Shown here: piece after piece, positions 45,836-59,849 of the stretch
Position numbering within the stretch: position 1 is the stretch's first letter
Layout of the letters: every line of letters starts with the position of its first letter
Assembly (NCBI RefSeq): GCF_009914755.1
Contig: NC_060947.1
Origin: the human T2T-CHM13v2.0 reference genome, Homo sapiens
Length of the DNA stretch: 64,000 nucleotides
Reading direction: 5' to 3' (one strand)
Program-made: the position numbers and the translations under genes
The notes under the pieces: generated by a model
The model's input: only the letters and a program-made list of their open reading frames with translations
What the model was told of the DNA's origin: nothing
Databases searched by the model: none

Positions 45836-48494
45836 GTATGTGTGCTAAAATTTTGCATGATGGAAACTTGCAGTTGGGGAAAGATTTCTGTAATCCAGTG
45901 ATCTCAGCCAGAGTATGCGGTTTCTGGCTGGATGAGATATTCTTTCTAGTAAAATCAGATGAAGAATCTACTCACTAGGAATGGGACCTAATTTTCTGTT
46001 CTTTGTAGCAAATTGTCTCTACTTGATCAAGATTAATAATCACTGTCAGTACCACCCTCTTGCTGCTCTCCTTGCTGTCACTGCCTGTTTTCTGGCCCTT
46101 CTCCCACTTTCCTTGATACTTTGGCATCCTTGATACTTTCACATCACTATTACCTCTTTATCTCGAATTCCAACATCTACTCATGCAGCCCTCTCTTCTT
46201 AAACAGGCAAACTGACCATAGCATCATAGTTCTTAGTCTGCCTTGACTTTTTTCCTATCTGCACTCCTACACCATCTTTTGTGGCATGCTCTAGCCTTGA
46301 TGGTCTAGTGTAATGCTTCTCACCTAATCGTGGTATCGGACCAGTTAACGTTTCCCCCAGTCTGTCACAGACCGATGCTTTTGTAAAATACAAAAAAAAT
46401 GAATTACTTCCCCTCCTCCCACCAAGTTATCAGGCCACACCTTCATCTACTTATTACTACTAGTTACAAACTTCTCCACCTTAATCACTTTGCATCTCTT
46501 CCCATATCAAAGAAATAAGTCCTCTTCCTATCCAAAGCTGCAGCTTCTTCAGAGACCTTGTTTATCAAATGTTCTGTCTCTTTTCTGGGTCTTCTCCCTG
46601 TCACCTGGTTCTTTTAGGATAAACATATGCTTAAATTACTCTCATTTTCAGAAAGGAAAGCTACTTCTTAATCCCGTATCTTCCTGTAGTCAGTACTCTT
46701 ATATCCTTCCTTTAATAGCCAGACTTCTTAAAAGAATGGGCTACAATTACTACTCCTTCACCTTCCCCAGTCAAACCCACTGAGGTCTGGTTTCTAATTC
46801 TACCTTCGGTGGATTATTTCCTGGTGCTTATCTTCATCTTTCTCCTTGAATCTCTAAACTCTCATGAGTTTTTGTTGGTTTTGTTGTATTGCCTTTATTC
46901 CTGTTTCCCCCTTCCCACAATCCTTTGTGGACTCCTCTTCCTCCTCTGTCTATGCATTAAATATTACTCATTCCTCTTAGGCACTGAAATCTCTGACTAA
47001 AGCAAGAAAGAGAGAAAGAAACAATTCACCCTGGGCATCAGTTACTAAGATACATTCCAATCTTAATAATGTAATTTTATTATTCAAGATTTCATGCCCT
47101 CGTCTTGAGTTTTATGTCAGTTTGTACTGTCTAAATTAGATATTAAACTTTATTAGTTAAGCTGCCTTTTTAGTGTTGCATAGTGTATTTTTTATCCTTT
47201 TATTTTTAGCCTTTCTGTATACTAATATTTAAAATGTGTCTCTTGTGTCTCTTATTAGTGGTAAATACTTTTTAAAAAATCCAGTGTGATAATCTTTTTA
47301 AGTGGAGTATTCAGTTGAAAAACAAAACAAAAATAAACCACAAAAAAAGAAATATCATGTGAGCCACGAATGTGATCCATATACATAATTTTAAATTTTT
47401 TAGTAATCACAGTAAAAAGGAATAAATGAAATTAATTTGAAGGGTGTATTTTAGTTAACCTAAGTATCTGAAGGATTATTATTTTAATATGTAGTGAATA
47501 TTAAGAAATGTTGAGATATTTTACATTCCTTTTTTCTCTTTTGTGTTGTCTTTGAATTCCATGTGTATTTCATACTTGCTGCATATCTGAAATCAGACCT
47601 GTTGCACAGTGAAAATCTATAGCTTGTTTCAAAAGCCTTCTCTCAGATTTCACCCTTGTCCCTTCAACATCTGATAATGCTAAGCCCACTCTTTCCCCTG
47701 GCCCTTCTTGTTCTTCCCCACACTAAATGTGGCCACTCCCCTTGATTCAGGCCAAGACCTCTGCTCCCTTTCTCCACACCTTTTTTGTCCACTCATAAAT
47801 GCTTTATTGATTCCTGCATTGATGCTGTTTGAGTCTAAGCTATAATCCCACTTGCCTGCTAAAAATTGCCATATTGTATATCTCTCATCCCAGATTATCT
47901 CATCTGAAAACAAGCTCATCTTCTTTCCTTCCTGACCCTTTCTAAACTTAGATCTGCCTCACACGTTCTACCTAGTTTCAACCTTGAAACTTTAGAGTCC
48001 TCTTTGACCGTTTCCTGTCCACCATCACCCATGGTCCATAAGCTACCAAATCTTGTAGATTCATTCTTTTTAATGGGTCTCAAATCTGTTTCTTCCATCT
48101 CTGCCATCTGCTTAGCCCAGTACTTCATTGTTACTTCATGTACAGTTTATCTGAAATAATTTTTTTTCCTTCGAGTTCATCCTGCAAATTATGGCTTGGC
48201 ATTTGAGGTCTTGTACATTCTCACTCCAACTTTCTTAGCTTTGCCATCTGCCATTTCACCTCAAGCTCTGTATCTAAATCAGTTGGGTAAGTTGTCTCCC
48301 AGACACCTCATTCACACTTTACTACTTCCATTCGGCACCTGTAGAAAATCTGTTCCCCCCACTTCCCACAATAATCAAGGAATGGATACACTTGTCTGCC
48401 TTTTCTATGAAGATTTTTTTCTTTTTTAGATTCATATTCTGCTTATGTAAAAGATTACTTTTCTAATATAAGTGAGTTCTTTCCTCTGAGCTCC

Positions 48495-49160
<666 letters not shown>

Positions 49161-49573
49161 CTCCTATGGCATTGACTTACTACATTATCTTAGTGGAGTT
49201 TCATGAATGACAACTTGCCACTCAACCATGTCGTTAGCACATTGAACCCTTTGTCAGTGCTCTGATTTATATTCCTTTGTGCAATACAGTGTTTTGTACA
49301 TAGTTGTAAGTCAAATAATTACTAGTTGATCATCCTAAAAGTCCTTCCTTGATTTAAATATTAGCATATATATTTTATATTTTTGTGTCTGAAATGTATA
49401 TATTGAGGTTGGGTGTCTTTTATTTGAAACATTTCATTATTCGTGAGAAAAGTGTCAGTTTTCTAAAATGGAATATTTTATCTGATATTATAATAAAATG
49501 CAATTCTATAGTTGAAGGGGGATGTGTTATTGGAGAGAGCTGTAAGTAACCATTTCTGTGGATTTTCCTTTAG

Positions 49574-49693
49574 GTTGATGCCGTCAGAATTGTTCACATT
49601 CATTCTGTCATCATCTTACGACGTTCTGATAAGAGGAAGGACCGAGTAGAAATTTCTCCAGAGCAGCTGTCTGCAGCTTCAACAGAGGCAGAG
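49574..49693 (+). CDS. BRCC3: BRCC3 exon 4 (followed by U12 donor ATATCCTT)
   Basis: ctttag|GTT GAT GCC ... GCA GAG|atatcctt; VDAVRIVHIHSVIILRRSDKRKDRVEISPEQLSAASTEAE. Confidence 0.95.
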
Positions 49694-51019
49694 ATATCCT
49701 TACTGGTCAATAGAAGCTTTTATGTGCTCTGGGGTTCCTGGGCCGCATTGCTGCTTGCTGCAGTCATCCTGCTTTAGGTGGTTTCACAAGTTTTCTTCCC
49801 TTAGATCCAATTGTTTGGTTTTTAGAATTTCTCTCTATTTCTCCTTTTGAGTGGCTTTTATTGGAAGAATTAGAAATTTTCTGACATTCCTGCTCCTAAA
49901 TGCCAAAAGATCTCAGGGTCAAACACTGCGACAATGAACTCTGTGTGGAGTCCCCTCCATCTTCCTCCCTAGTCTTCTCTCCATTCCTCCCTGCCCCTCC
50001 TTCCAGTTTTCCTAGTATCATTTAATTTCTAGGCCATTTACTATCTTGGTCTCTATCCTCTTGAGAGATTCTCTTTTGTGACTTCCTCTCAAAAAATGCA
50101 ATGCTGGGAACTGAATGCAGTGTTTCATGTTACATATAACCCCAAAATGATCAAATGGGGCATTTGTTTCCTGTGATTTGTTTCAGTATGATTCCGAGTG
50201 TCCTGGCCGGCGCCTCGTAAGTGAATATGAAGCTGATCCCCATCCCACTTTTGTTTTCTTCAGGGATCCTTTCCCTGGCCTCTCGTAGTTTCCTCACATG
50301 CTTCCGCTCATCAGTGATCTGCTGAATGCTCAAGTGGGACCCTCAAGTGCAGATATGCAGGCTATCTCTCTGCAGCTCTCCTCTCTGGTCCTCTGCCCTG
50401 CAAACTTCAGCTGCAATTACTATTTGTTAAGCACTTACTAGGTGTTTGCCAGGCACTATGCTAAACACCGTGTGTGGATTATTGCACTTACTCTTCACTG
50501 CTCTGAAACATTATTCCCCTGCCTCAGTCTGCAGCTGAAGAAATGGGCTAAGAGAAGTTAAGTAGTTTCTCTTGGCATTTGAAAACTTGAAAATATATCT
50601 TAGAAATATTGTTTCTCAGACTTAGTTGTATAAAAAGGATTATTATATTTTAATATAAATAATTTGCAGGAAAACTAATGAGCATTTTACAGGATAACAG
50701 CAGCAGTCTTGAAAGTGACAACTTCTGAAGATTTAGAAAAGCTTTTCAGATAGCACAGTGGTAAGGATTCGAGTGATGAAACATCAGCTAAATTAAACTT
50801 GAGGATGTAAGTATATATGGCATTGGAAACCATGTGGATTCTAGTTTAGAAATTTTGGCTTTAAATGGGCATTATGGGAAACTCAGCATTAATCTTATTT
50901 CATTCTTTTGTTGCCATTAAATTGTAATAAGCTTATTTTAAACTTCAGGGTGCTTTCTGAGCCCTTATTAGCATCATAAATTTTGTTCCCACATTTTTAA
51001 AGTACCTTGACAGACACAC
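49694..51019 (+). other. AT-AC minor-spliceosome (U12-type) intron, BRCC3 intron 4
   Basis: 5' ATATCCTT; branch-like TACCTTGAC 51003-51011; ends AC at 51018-51019; this junction keeps the frame (EAE|RLAE). Confidence 0.9.
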
Positions 51020-51107
51020 AGGTTGGCTGAACTGACAGGCCGCCCCATGAGAGTTGTGGGCTGGTATCATTCCCATCCTCATATAACTGTTTGGCCTTCA
51101 CATGTTG
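51020..51107 (+). CDS. BRCC3: BRCC3 exon 5 (JAMM motif)
   Basis: RLAELTGRPMRVVGWYHSHPHITVWPSHV(D)|gtaagt; HxHx7SxxD JAMM motif. Confidence 0.96.
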
Positions 51108-53451
51108 GTAAGTATCATGGGGTTGCAATGTTTATTGTTTTCAGAAATTAATATCATGTTTCCTTTTCCATTACATAGGGTATGGTTATTTTAAACCAAA
51201 ATTTGACTGTCCTTTAGCAGATGTCATTATTTTGATTTATTTTATTATGTATTAAAAGTAATGATTTATGTCATATTGATTGTTTTTAATAAGTCTGTCA
51301 GTTGATATAAAAAAATTAAACTGTTAACTGAAAATTGCTGATTGCTGAATATCATTACTGTCCAGGACACTCCCATTCTGCAGACTTAAAGATATTAAAG
51401 GGTAAAATTTGCAAAATTGATTTTTACAGTTGCTGTTTACGTATAGTCCATTGGGGCTCTCAATATACATCTTTACCCTTCTAATCAGTGTAATGTAACT
51501 AAATTGCTTTCTTTCTACCTTTACCCCTTTTTGAGAATCATGGTGGGTTTTTTTGTCCGTATCTGCGTCTCCAGAAAGAAGGAGAATAACTTGGGGAGAG
51601 TGAACTAATATTCATGAGCACTTAACTATGTGCTAATGGTTTACAGATGTTTTCTTCTCTAATCCTTGTGGCAACCTGTGAGTTAGAGATCTTACCCCCA
51701 TTGTACAGAAGGGTAAACAAAGACTCACATGAATTAAGTAAGTTGCAGAGCTGAGGTTAGAACCCAGGTCTGACTCCCAAGTCTGCTCTTCCCACTGTGC
51801 TACTACTAGTCATATGGGTTTGAGTTGATAGCAAGTTATATATTCATCTACACTGTGATACGAATGGCAAAAAGTCATCAGTGGTACAGTCCCAGACTTT
51901 AATGAAACACGAGTGGTCCTAAGAAATACAGTATTAGTTCTCAGTCTTGGGTGGGTGAGGATGTTTCTCAGAATCACCTGAGAAAGCTTTCATAAAATGT
52001 GCCTGCCCCAAATTAATCTTTCCTAGACCCTAACTCAAACCTACTGTAACAACCTCTGGGAGTAGGTGTTAGGTGGGGATATTGTTGAACGCCCCTAGTT
52101 AAATACTGATTTAGAATAAGGGAGATGACAGATCTACCTTCTCCCAGATTTGCCAAACTTTAACATTTGGCAACACTTGCTGTATCATTCTCTTATACAT
52201 ATATGTATATACGTGTGTGTGTCTGAAGATAATTTTTTCCTGAAGTATTAGATTAAGTTGCAGACATGGTACCTTTTACCCCTACTCTTCACTATGAATT
52301 TCCTAAACACAAAGAAATTCTCTTACATAACCATGATACATTTATAAAAATTGGGAAATTACCATTCATATAATAGTATTATTTAAATTACAGACCTTAT
52401 TCAGATTCTTTAATTGGTTCACTGATGTCCCAATAAAGTTGTTTTTATAACTATTAATATATTCCTGTAAAGCCTTAATGTCACTGAAAAAATTCAGTGG
52501 CTGATTTGTTTTCCTGTCATTGTCAACACTGAAATCAGATTGGCCTAAAATTTTTCCCATGGTAGTGCCATCAGCCACTAATGAAGAAAAGTTTGACACA
52601 TATATTACTGAACAATTATTTTCACTATAGTAATAAGTTACAATGGGAAATAAATACATAAAATTTGGTGGTAAAAAGAAATTCCCTACGAATTTAAGGA
52701 AAAATACCTTATAAGTATCTGAAGCAGAGCACCCAGAAAATTTCAGAGTTCAGAGAATAATTGAATTCTCTCAGGGGAGAAGATCTGAGCCATTAAACAA
52801 GAACCCAGGTAGGAGTTTGTAATGCAGCAGTAACAGTAGTGGGAACATTTCAATCTTTATAGCAGTCAGAAAAAAAAAAAGGGATACTGCAGAAAGTAAC
52901 TGAAAAAAATCAACTCTAAATTATGAAATGATTAAGAAGCCATGTGCAAATAATTCAAGACAAAATAGATTTGGAGTCCAGAGTATAGATATCCTACCTG
53001 AACAAGAATTAGAATATGCAATAAGGGCTATGTGTAAAGAAAGTTTAGAGAGTTACCATAGCATGAGGGTTGGGAATACCAGCTTTGATTTAGTTGGAGA
53101 CTAGGTCTGTGTTAGCATCTTGTTTCAGTCACTTACTAGTTGAGAAAATATTTTAACTTGTCTATGCCTCTGTAGTTTCCTCTCTGTCAGAAAAGAACAT
53201 AGTCTCAGAGTTAAGAGTAGTATATGAAAATCATGTATACAACACCTTGTCCCACACTTACCATGGTAGCTGTTCACCTATAAAATGAGCAACAAAAGAA
53301 AGACACCAAAGCATTTATTTGTAAAACTCTCAAGGACATGGAGAGAGTATATGAAATATCTATATTGAAGGGCAGACAATATTCAAAGGATTAACAATGA
53401 GGACACATCAGGTCTCTCATTTGAGATCCTGAGATCTCAAAAATATTTACA

Positions 53452-53752
53452 GGCCGGGCATAGTGGCTCACGCCTGTAATCCCAGCACTTTGGCAGGATG
53501 AGGTAGGCAGATCACTTGAGGTCAGGAGTTGGAGACCCACCTGGCCAACAAGGTGAAACCCTGTTTCTATTAAAAATGTAAAAATTAGACAGGCATGGTG
53601 GCGGGTGCCTGTAATCCAAGTTACTGGGGAGGCTAAGGCAGGAGAATTCACTTGAACCTGGGAGATGGAGGTTGCAGTGAGCTGAGATTGTACCACTGCA
53701 CTCCAGCCAGGGTGACAGAGCGAGATTCTGTCTCAAAAAAAAAAAAAAAAAA
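53452..53752 (+). mobile_element. AluS
   Basis: Full Alu with poly(A). Confidence 0.92.
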
Positions 53753-56700
53753 GTACAGTAATGAAACTATGGGTACAACTAAAGAAAAATAATTGCCCAA
53801 CTGAGCTGGCATTCACACTCATCTCCAAACAGCCTTTTAAGAAGTAGTACCTTATAAATGTATGCAATTATGATTTGTCAATTAAAACTAGTATTTAAGA
53901 AAGTAAATAAATGGGAAAAAAAGAATTGAGTCTAACAGAGGCACTGTATTGCATTACAAACCTCAGAAAAAGTGAGCAATGAATAAAAACTAACTACCTT
54001 TAACAGGAAAAGAATTCCAAGCTGTGGTAAAGAGTGACAAGTGAGAAAGTGAAATCTTTTTTTCTGTTAAAGGAAAGGTATAATTTTAGTTGGTGAGGGA
54101 GAGTGACGTGACCATTTCAGTGCTTTTTATGATAAGGTAATTAGTGCAATTAGGTTAAGTTCCAGTGGGCTAGGTAACACTGTTTTGAACATAATTTAAA
54201 GGGATCATTCCATAAAACGATTCTTCAGGAAATTTACTGGATACCTGTATGGAATAATAAGGTCATGGCTCCTGCTGTCCTGGACCTTAATGATTTTGTT
54301 GGGGGGAAAACAGAGTACTAAAGGGAAAACAATGAGTAACATGATAAAGAAGAAATGAGATGTAGTCCATATAGAACATTTGTACTTGTAAATATAAACA
54401 GGGGAAGCATCTATAAAAATAAAAGCCTTGGGATTAGGAAAAAGGAAGAATAAGATGTTACTAAGACAAGCTGCAAACCTAAAGACTTGAACAAAAACTA
54501 ACAAACTAGGTTAAGCTGTATGGGGAAAATAAAGAGCAGCCATCATCAGCTAAAGGGTAAGTGAGAGAAGATAGGTCATTTATTCTATAACAAAAGGCAT
54601 AGTAACTAAGGAAACTCTAATGAGGCTGAATTATGTGCCCTACCGTAGCAACATACATGTACACAGGATAAAGTTTTACATGTAAGGAATGGAAACTAGT
54701 TGAGATAGAAGAACTTGATAACCCACTTTCAAAATTTATTCATTCCTTCAAAAGAACATAAAGTGAGTTGGCCTTCGGTTGAGGTTGGCAGTGGAGCGTG
54801 GAGGGGACAGTGAACAAAAGCAAGGGTGAGGTAGGACAAGCACACACACAAAGACTTTAAAATTTCATCTTAAAAGAATTTTATTCTTACAGAAAAATTT
54901 CAAGAATAGTATGAAGAACCAGATGCAACAATTGTTAACCTTTGGTCGCATTTGCTTTATCATATTCTCCCTCCCTCTCCAACATACACACATGCACATG
55001 TGCACACATGCTATTTGAGAGTGAGTTGCAGACATGATGCTCCTTTACCTTTAAATACTTCATTGTGTATTTCTCAAGATCAAGGGTATTTATTTACATA
55101 ACCACAGTGCAATTGTCAAAATAAGCACATTTAATAAATACGATCATATTGTGCAAACTACACAGAACTTATTCACATTTTGCCAGTTAACTCAATATTG
55201 TCCTTTATGGCAGTTTTTTCTTTCCAATACAGGATCCAATCTCAGATCATGCATGGCATTTAGCCTTCATGTCACTTTAGTCTCCTTTCCTCTGGACCAG
55301 CTCCTTAGACTTTTTTTCCTCTTTCGTGACATAGACATTTTAGGAGATGGAATGTTGCTCCATTTGACTTTGTCTGCTATTTGCTTATGACTAGATTCAG
55401 GTTATGCACTTTTGGCATGTGGTGCTAGGCCTTTGTCAGCGTCTCCCATCTGGACGTGCGTGATTTCTCTGCCTCAAACTAACATTTTCATGCCACTGAT
55501 GAGGCAGAATTAACAAATGTGAGTCAAATGGGAAGAGGTGATAACAAGCCTCTTCTCAGCCTGTCCATTTGTTGAACAGATACCGAGGACTTGGCCATGC
55601 CAATTTGTAATAATATCTGCAAAGCCAATTCCAAAATTGGGAAGCTGTGCATGTTCCATGATATCTCTGATCAGTATGCTCCTACTTTTTGCAAAGGCAA
55701 ACCCTTTCATTTTCAAACCTCTGAATTCCCCGTTTCTGCCTTCATGTTCAGCAATGTTATCTAACATTGCTTCCCACTTTAATAGAGAAAACAGGAACCA
55801 TTAGAAAGGAATTTCATCTGTTTCTCTTGATTCACCTACTTGTCACTGTGCCTCTCTTCCCCTTTTCCCTCCTATTTTATCTTTGCCTCCTACATTCTCA
55901 AGAACCTTACTCTGTTTTTTATGCCCCTCTTTTTTACACATCTACATACTTTGCCACTATACTGGATTCTTCCCATTATTATTTCTTTCAACAAATTTGA
56001 GTGTCTACCATGTGTCAAAGTGCTGAAGATAATGAATGAGAGAAACACGGTCCCTGCCTTCATGGAGCTTTCAAATATGTTCATACTTCACATTGAGGAA
56101 AACAACAAAAACACTCTAGTTTGGCTTCTATTAAAGTGGATCTTGCTAGAGTCATCAATGGTATCCATGTTGAAAATCTAGTGACCATTTTAAAATCCCA
56201 TCTTATAAAACATTGACACTGTCAGGTACTCTCTACTTATTGAAATACTTCCCAGCTAATCACGAGGAGTGTGTGGCTTTTGGGGGAAGAAACTAAGCTG
56301 AGGGTCAGAGCTGAAATACCCAGTCCAAAACCAGATGGCTAGTAAGCAGCAGACCCAGTATCTGAATTGAGTTTATATGAGTCTAGAGCCTAGGATTTCT
56401 ACAGCATCTCACTTTGATTGAACAAGTGGGAATCCTATTCATGGAAGTAGGAAGTGGAGGAGGAAACATAGGTTTGGTGATGGGGAAAGAGATATAGTTC
56501 AGTTACATCATACACACACTTAACGTACCTGAATTTTACCTATACAGTACACGTTTGCAAAAGAAAAATAAGTGATTTAAATGCTGCAGACTATTTCATA
56601 AATCTCCCAAGACTTGGTACTGTTTGTAGAAGTTATTCTTTTATATTCATTTTATTTTACTTGTAAATGCTTATCCAAGGAGACATGTACCTGTAGTTAT

Positions 56701-56756
56701 GTTCCTCATTTTAAGATCTGCTCAATTTTTTTTTCTAGCACTACGGTGAGTTCTAA

Positions 56757-57375
<619 letters not shown>

Positions 57376-58744
57376 AAATTTTTTTTTAAAAAGTAGGATA
57401 TGAGAAATAGTCAATTATTTTCAGATATATAAGAACATTTCCAATGGCCTCCACATGTAATTTTGGAAAGATAGGCTGGATTCAGAGCAGGTCTGCCACT
57501 TCACAGGAACATTTTCACCACGTAGCTCCTAAAAGGAAATGAGAAGGCCTATTTCTGAAATGTTTCCATGTCCCCTTGGGGGGAAAACAGTTTCAGTTCA
57601 TTCCTCCACTGACATTAAAAGAGAATGTCTATTTCAGGCAAGAATAATAAAATGGGCTTTTAATACTACATATGGTTATTTCATCATATTTCTTAGGAAT
57701 GGTGCTGTGTAATATCACTGTGCACAAAATCACAGATTCTTCAAGAAAACTGTTTCTTAAATACCTGTGTAATTGCCCACAAAGGGGCCCAGTGCATGTG
57801 ACATTCAGTCTAACAGCTTAACCAGCTCTCTGCCGTACTTGCCATACAGAAAAGCTGAAACTGCTGGTTTCCAGGTCAGTTTATGTGGTCCAATCCGTAA
57901 CCTGCTTTCTTCCTGAAAGACCCAACCAGAGGAAACTGACCAAAAGAGCATCTCTCGTGTACCAGGCCTGAGTTCAACAGAAAACAGATAAGCGACCTCC
58001 AACTTTTTATCCCTGGGTCTGAAGTCACATCCTGAAGAGTTTGGTTACACCAGTAATGAAACATACATGGTTTCCTGTTGCTTTCCTTTCTTAATTTCCG
58101 GTGAGGATAATGTCACCAGAAAGTTCCATCTCCCTCTCTCAGTAACAGGGAGAAGTGGAACAGGCAATTGGATCTCAAGCAGGGTCTTGGCTTGAGCCTT
58201 GGGGCGGTTTACAGAGTTTCTGTCTTGACCACGGAGATCTTTACCAATTTGCTGGGTAGGTCCATGGCTGCCTGGTTCCCCCAGGACTGCTTTGCCATGA
58301 CAGCTACCTGAATGACTCCGAGGAACTGCTCTTTGGTGATTTCAGGAGGTTCTTTCCCTTTAAGGGTTCTTCAGACAAAATGTCTGAAGCGCTCTCGATA
58401 TGAGTTTTGGTAGCGGCCAGCCTGGGTCTGGGAGCAGAGTGATAGGACGTACCCTGCCTGGTCATGCCCAAGGGATTCTGATTATTCATCTGCAACACAC
58501 CTTGGAAATCATGAACGTCCCGTCTGTGGTCACAGCTGTCTGTCCAGTGCTGGCTGACGTCCAAGCTAACAGCCGCCCCATTGGGAAACTTCATGCTGAT
58601 CACAGTGGCATCTGCATCCTTTAAGGAGGCCATATCTGGTCAGAAGGCATGTCCGAGAGAAAGCACAGTGTCCAGAGTGGCTTTTAACAGCAACATGCAT
58701 GCGATGTCCACATTGTGCACCCAGTCTTGTAGAGAACCCCACCT

Positions 58745-59030
58745 GCCCGCCTGCCCTCGCTTCCTCCCTCCGTCCCTCCCTCCCTTCCTTGCCCAGGCTG
58801 GAGTGCGATGGCGCGCCCTCTCAGGTAACTGCAACCGCCGTCTCCTGGGCTCAAGCGATTCTCCTGTCTTAGCTTCCCGAGTAGCTGGGATCACAGGCAC
58901 GCGCCACCACGCCTGGCTAATTTTTTTTTTTTTGCATTTTGAGTAGAGAGGGAGTTTCACCACATTGGCCAGGCTGGTCTCAAACTCATGACCTCAGGTG
59001 GTCTGCCCGCCTTGGCCTCCCAAAGCGCTG
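58745..59030 (-). mobile_element. 5'-truncated Alu inserted in the oxidoreductase pseudogene, with a CT-rich simple-repeat tail
   Basis: gcccaggctggagtgc...cctcccaaagcgctg; lacks the first ~30 Alu nt. Confidence 0.88.
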
Positions 59031-59034
59031 CTCA

Positions 59035-59050
59035 CAGCGCCATCTGGTGG
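59035..59050 (-). promoter_or_regulatory. Near-consensus CTCF motif
   Basis: Reverse complement CCACCAGATGGCGCTG. Confidence 0.65.
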
Positions 59051-59849
59051 ATCCTTTTGTAAGCTTCCTCAAAGCAGGACTGGGCAGTGGCCTATTCAAA
59101 GCACGCAGCCTCGTGCAAAGCACCCCCATCCCTGTTCTCGAATTACCCTAGTGTTGGCCAAATAATCGGCTCTGAAGGTTCACTCCACTTTATATAGCTG
59201 ATCGTCAAAAACATACAGCAAGCAGCAGCCGTTCTTATCCATTATATCCCAAAGATGGCCAGGCTAATGCTCCGATGTCATTAAAGCATCTCATACCTCT
59301 GTTGGAGGCTTCTGAAATGTCTTTGGCTGTTCTGAGGGCACCAATGGGCTTTTCACTCAGAGAGAAGGAAAGGCTGAGAGGTGGCCAGCAGAGGTAGATA
59401 GCGTTGTGTTTGGACGGAAGCAGAATGCCTGAGAGAATTTCTGAGTGGATGCTGAGGGGCAAGGGCGAGAGGTGCAGGGTCCGAGCCTGCTGAGATGAGA
59501 ATAAGTGTCCATAGGATGACAGCTCCTCGCGGGCAGCGGTGGCTGGAGTGGGTCCCTCAGCGCTCAGGTGGTCTCCCAAGGGGTAGACAATGCTCAGAGG
59601 GGGTACATCCATTAGGACGGGATGCCAGAACGATCCCACCCGGAGAAGCTTCGCCGGCGAGAAGAATACGCCTTCCCACAGGGGAAGATGGGGGTACGAG
59701 GGACTCCCCCGGAGGGGTGACCGAGGCCAGTCTGAGCCTCTGGGGGCCCAAGGTTGGGAACTCTTGGTAGCCAGTGGACGGGCAGGGTCGGCTCGCTTTG
59801 GCAGGCGCCAGGGTGGAGGTACTGAGCTTACGTGAGACATACTCTCAGG

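Larger units (their letters stand above)
58209..59840 (-). pseudogene. Decayed Gfo/Idh/MocA-family (myo-inositol 2-dehydrogenase-like) oxidoreductase pseudogene, antisense in BRCC3 intron 5
   Basis: Collinear minus-strand fragments: ISLAIFGI; NGCCLLYVFDDQ..; GVLCTRL; [Alu]; VHNVDIACMLL..DTVLSLGHAF*PDMASLKDADATVISMKFPNGAAVSLDVSQHWTDSCDHRRDVHDFQGVLQMNN; RYQNSYRERFRHFV*RTLKGKEPPEITKEQFLGVIQVAVMAKQSW...ETL*. The 5' boundary is uncertain. Confidence 0.8.

Noticed and set aside
55510-55767. Minus ORF with WHGQVLG, reminiscent of the RTE/LINE C-terminal WxGHVxR motif
   Set aside because: The match is too short to support; at best an ancient LINE relic.
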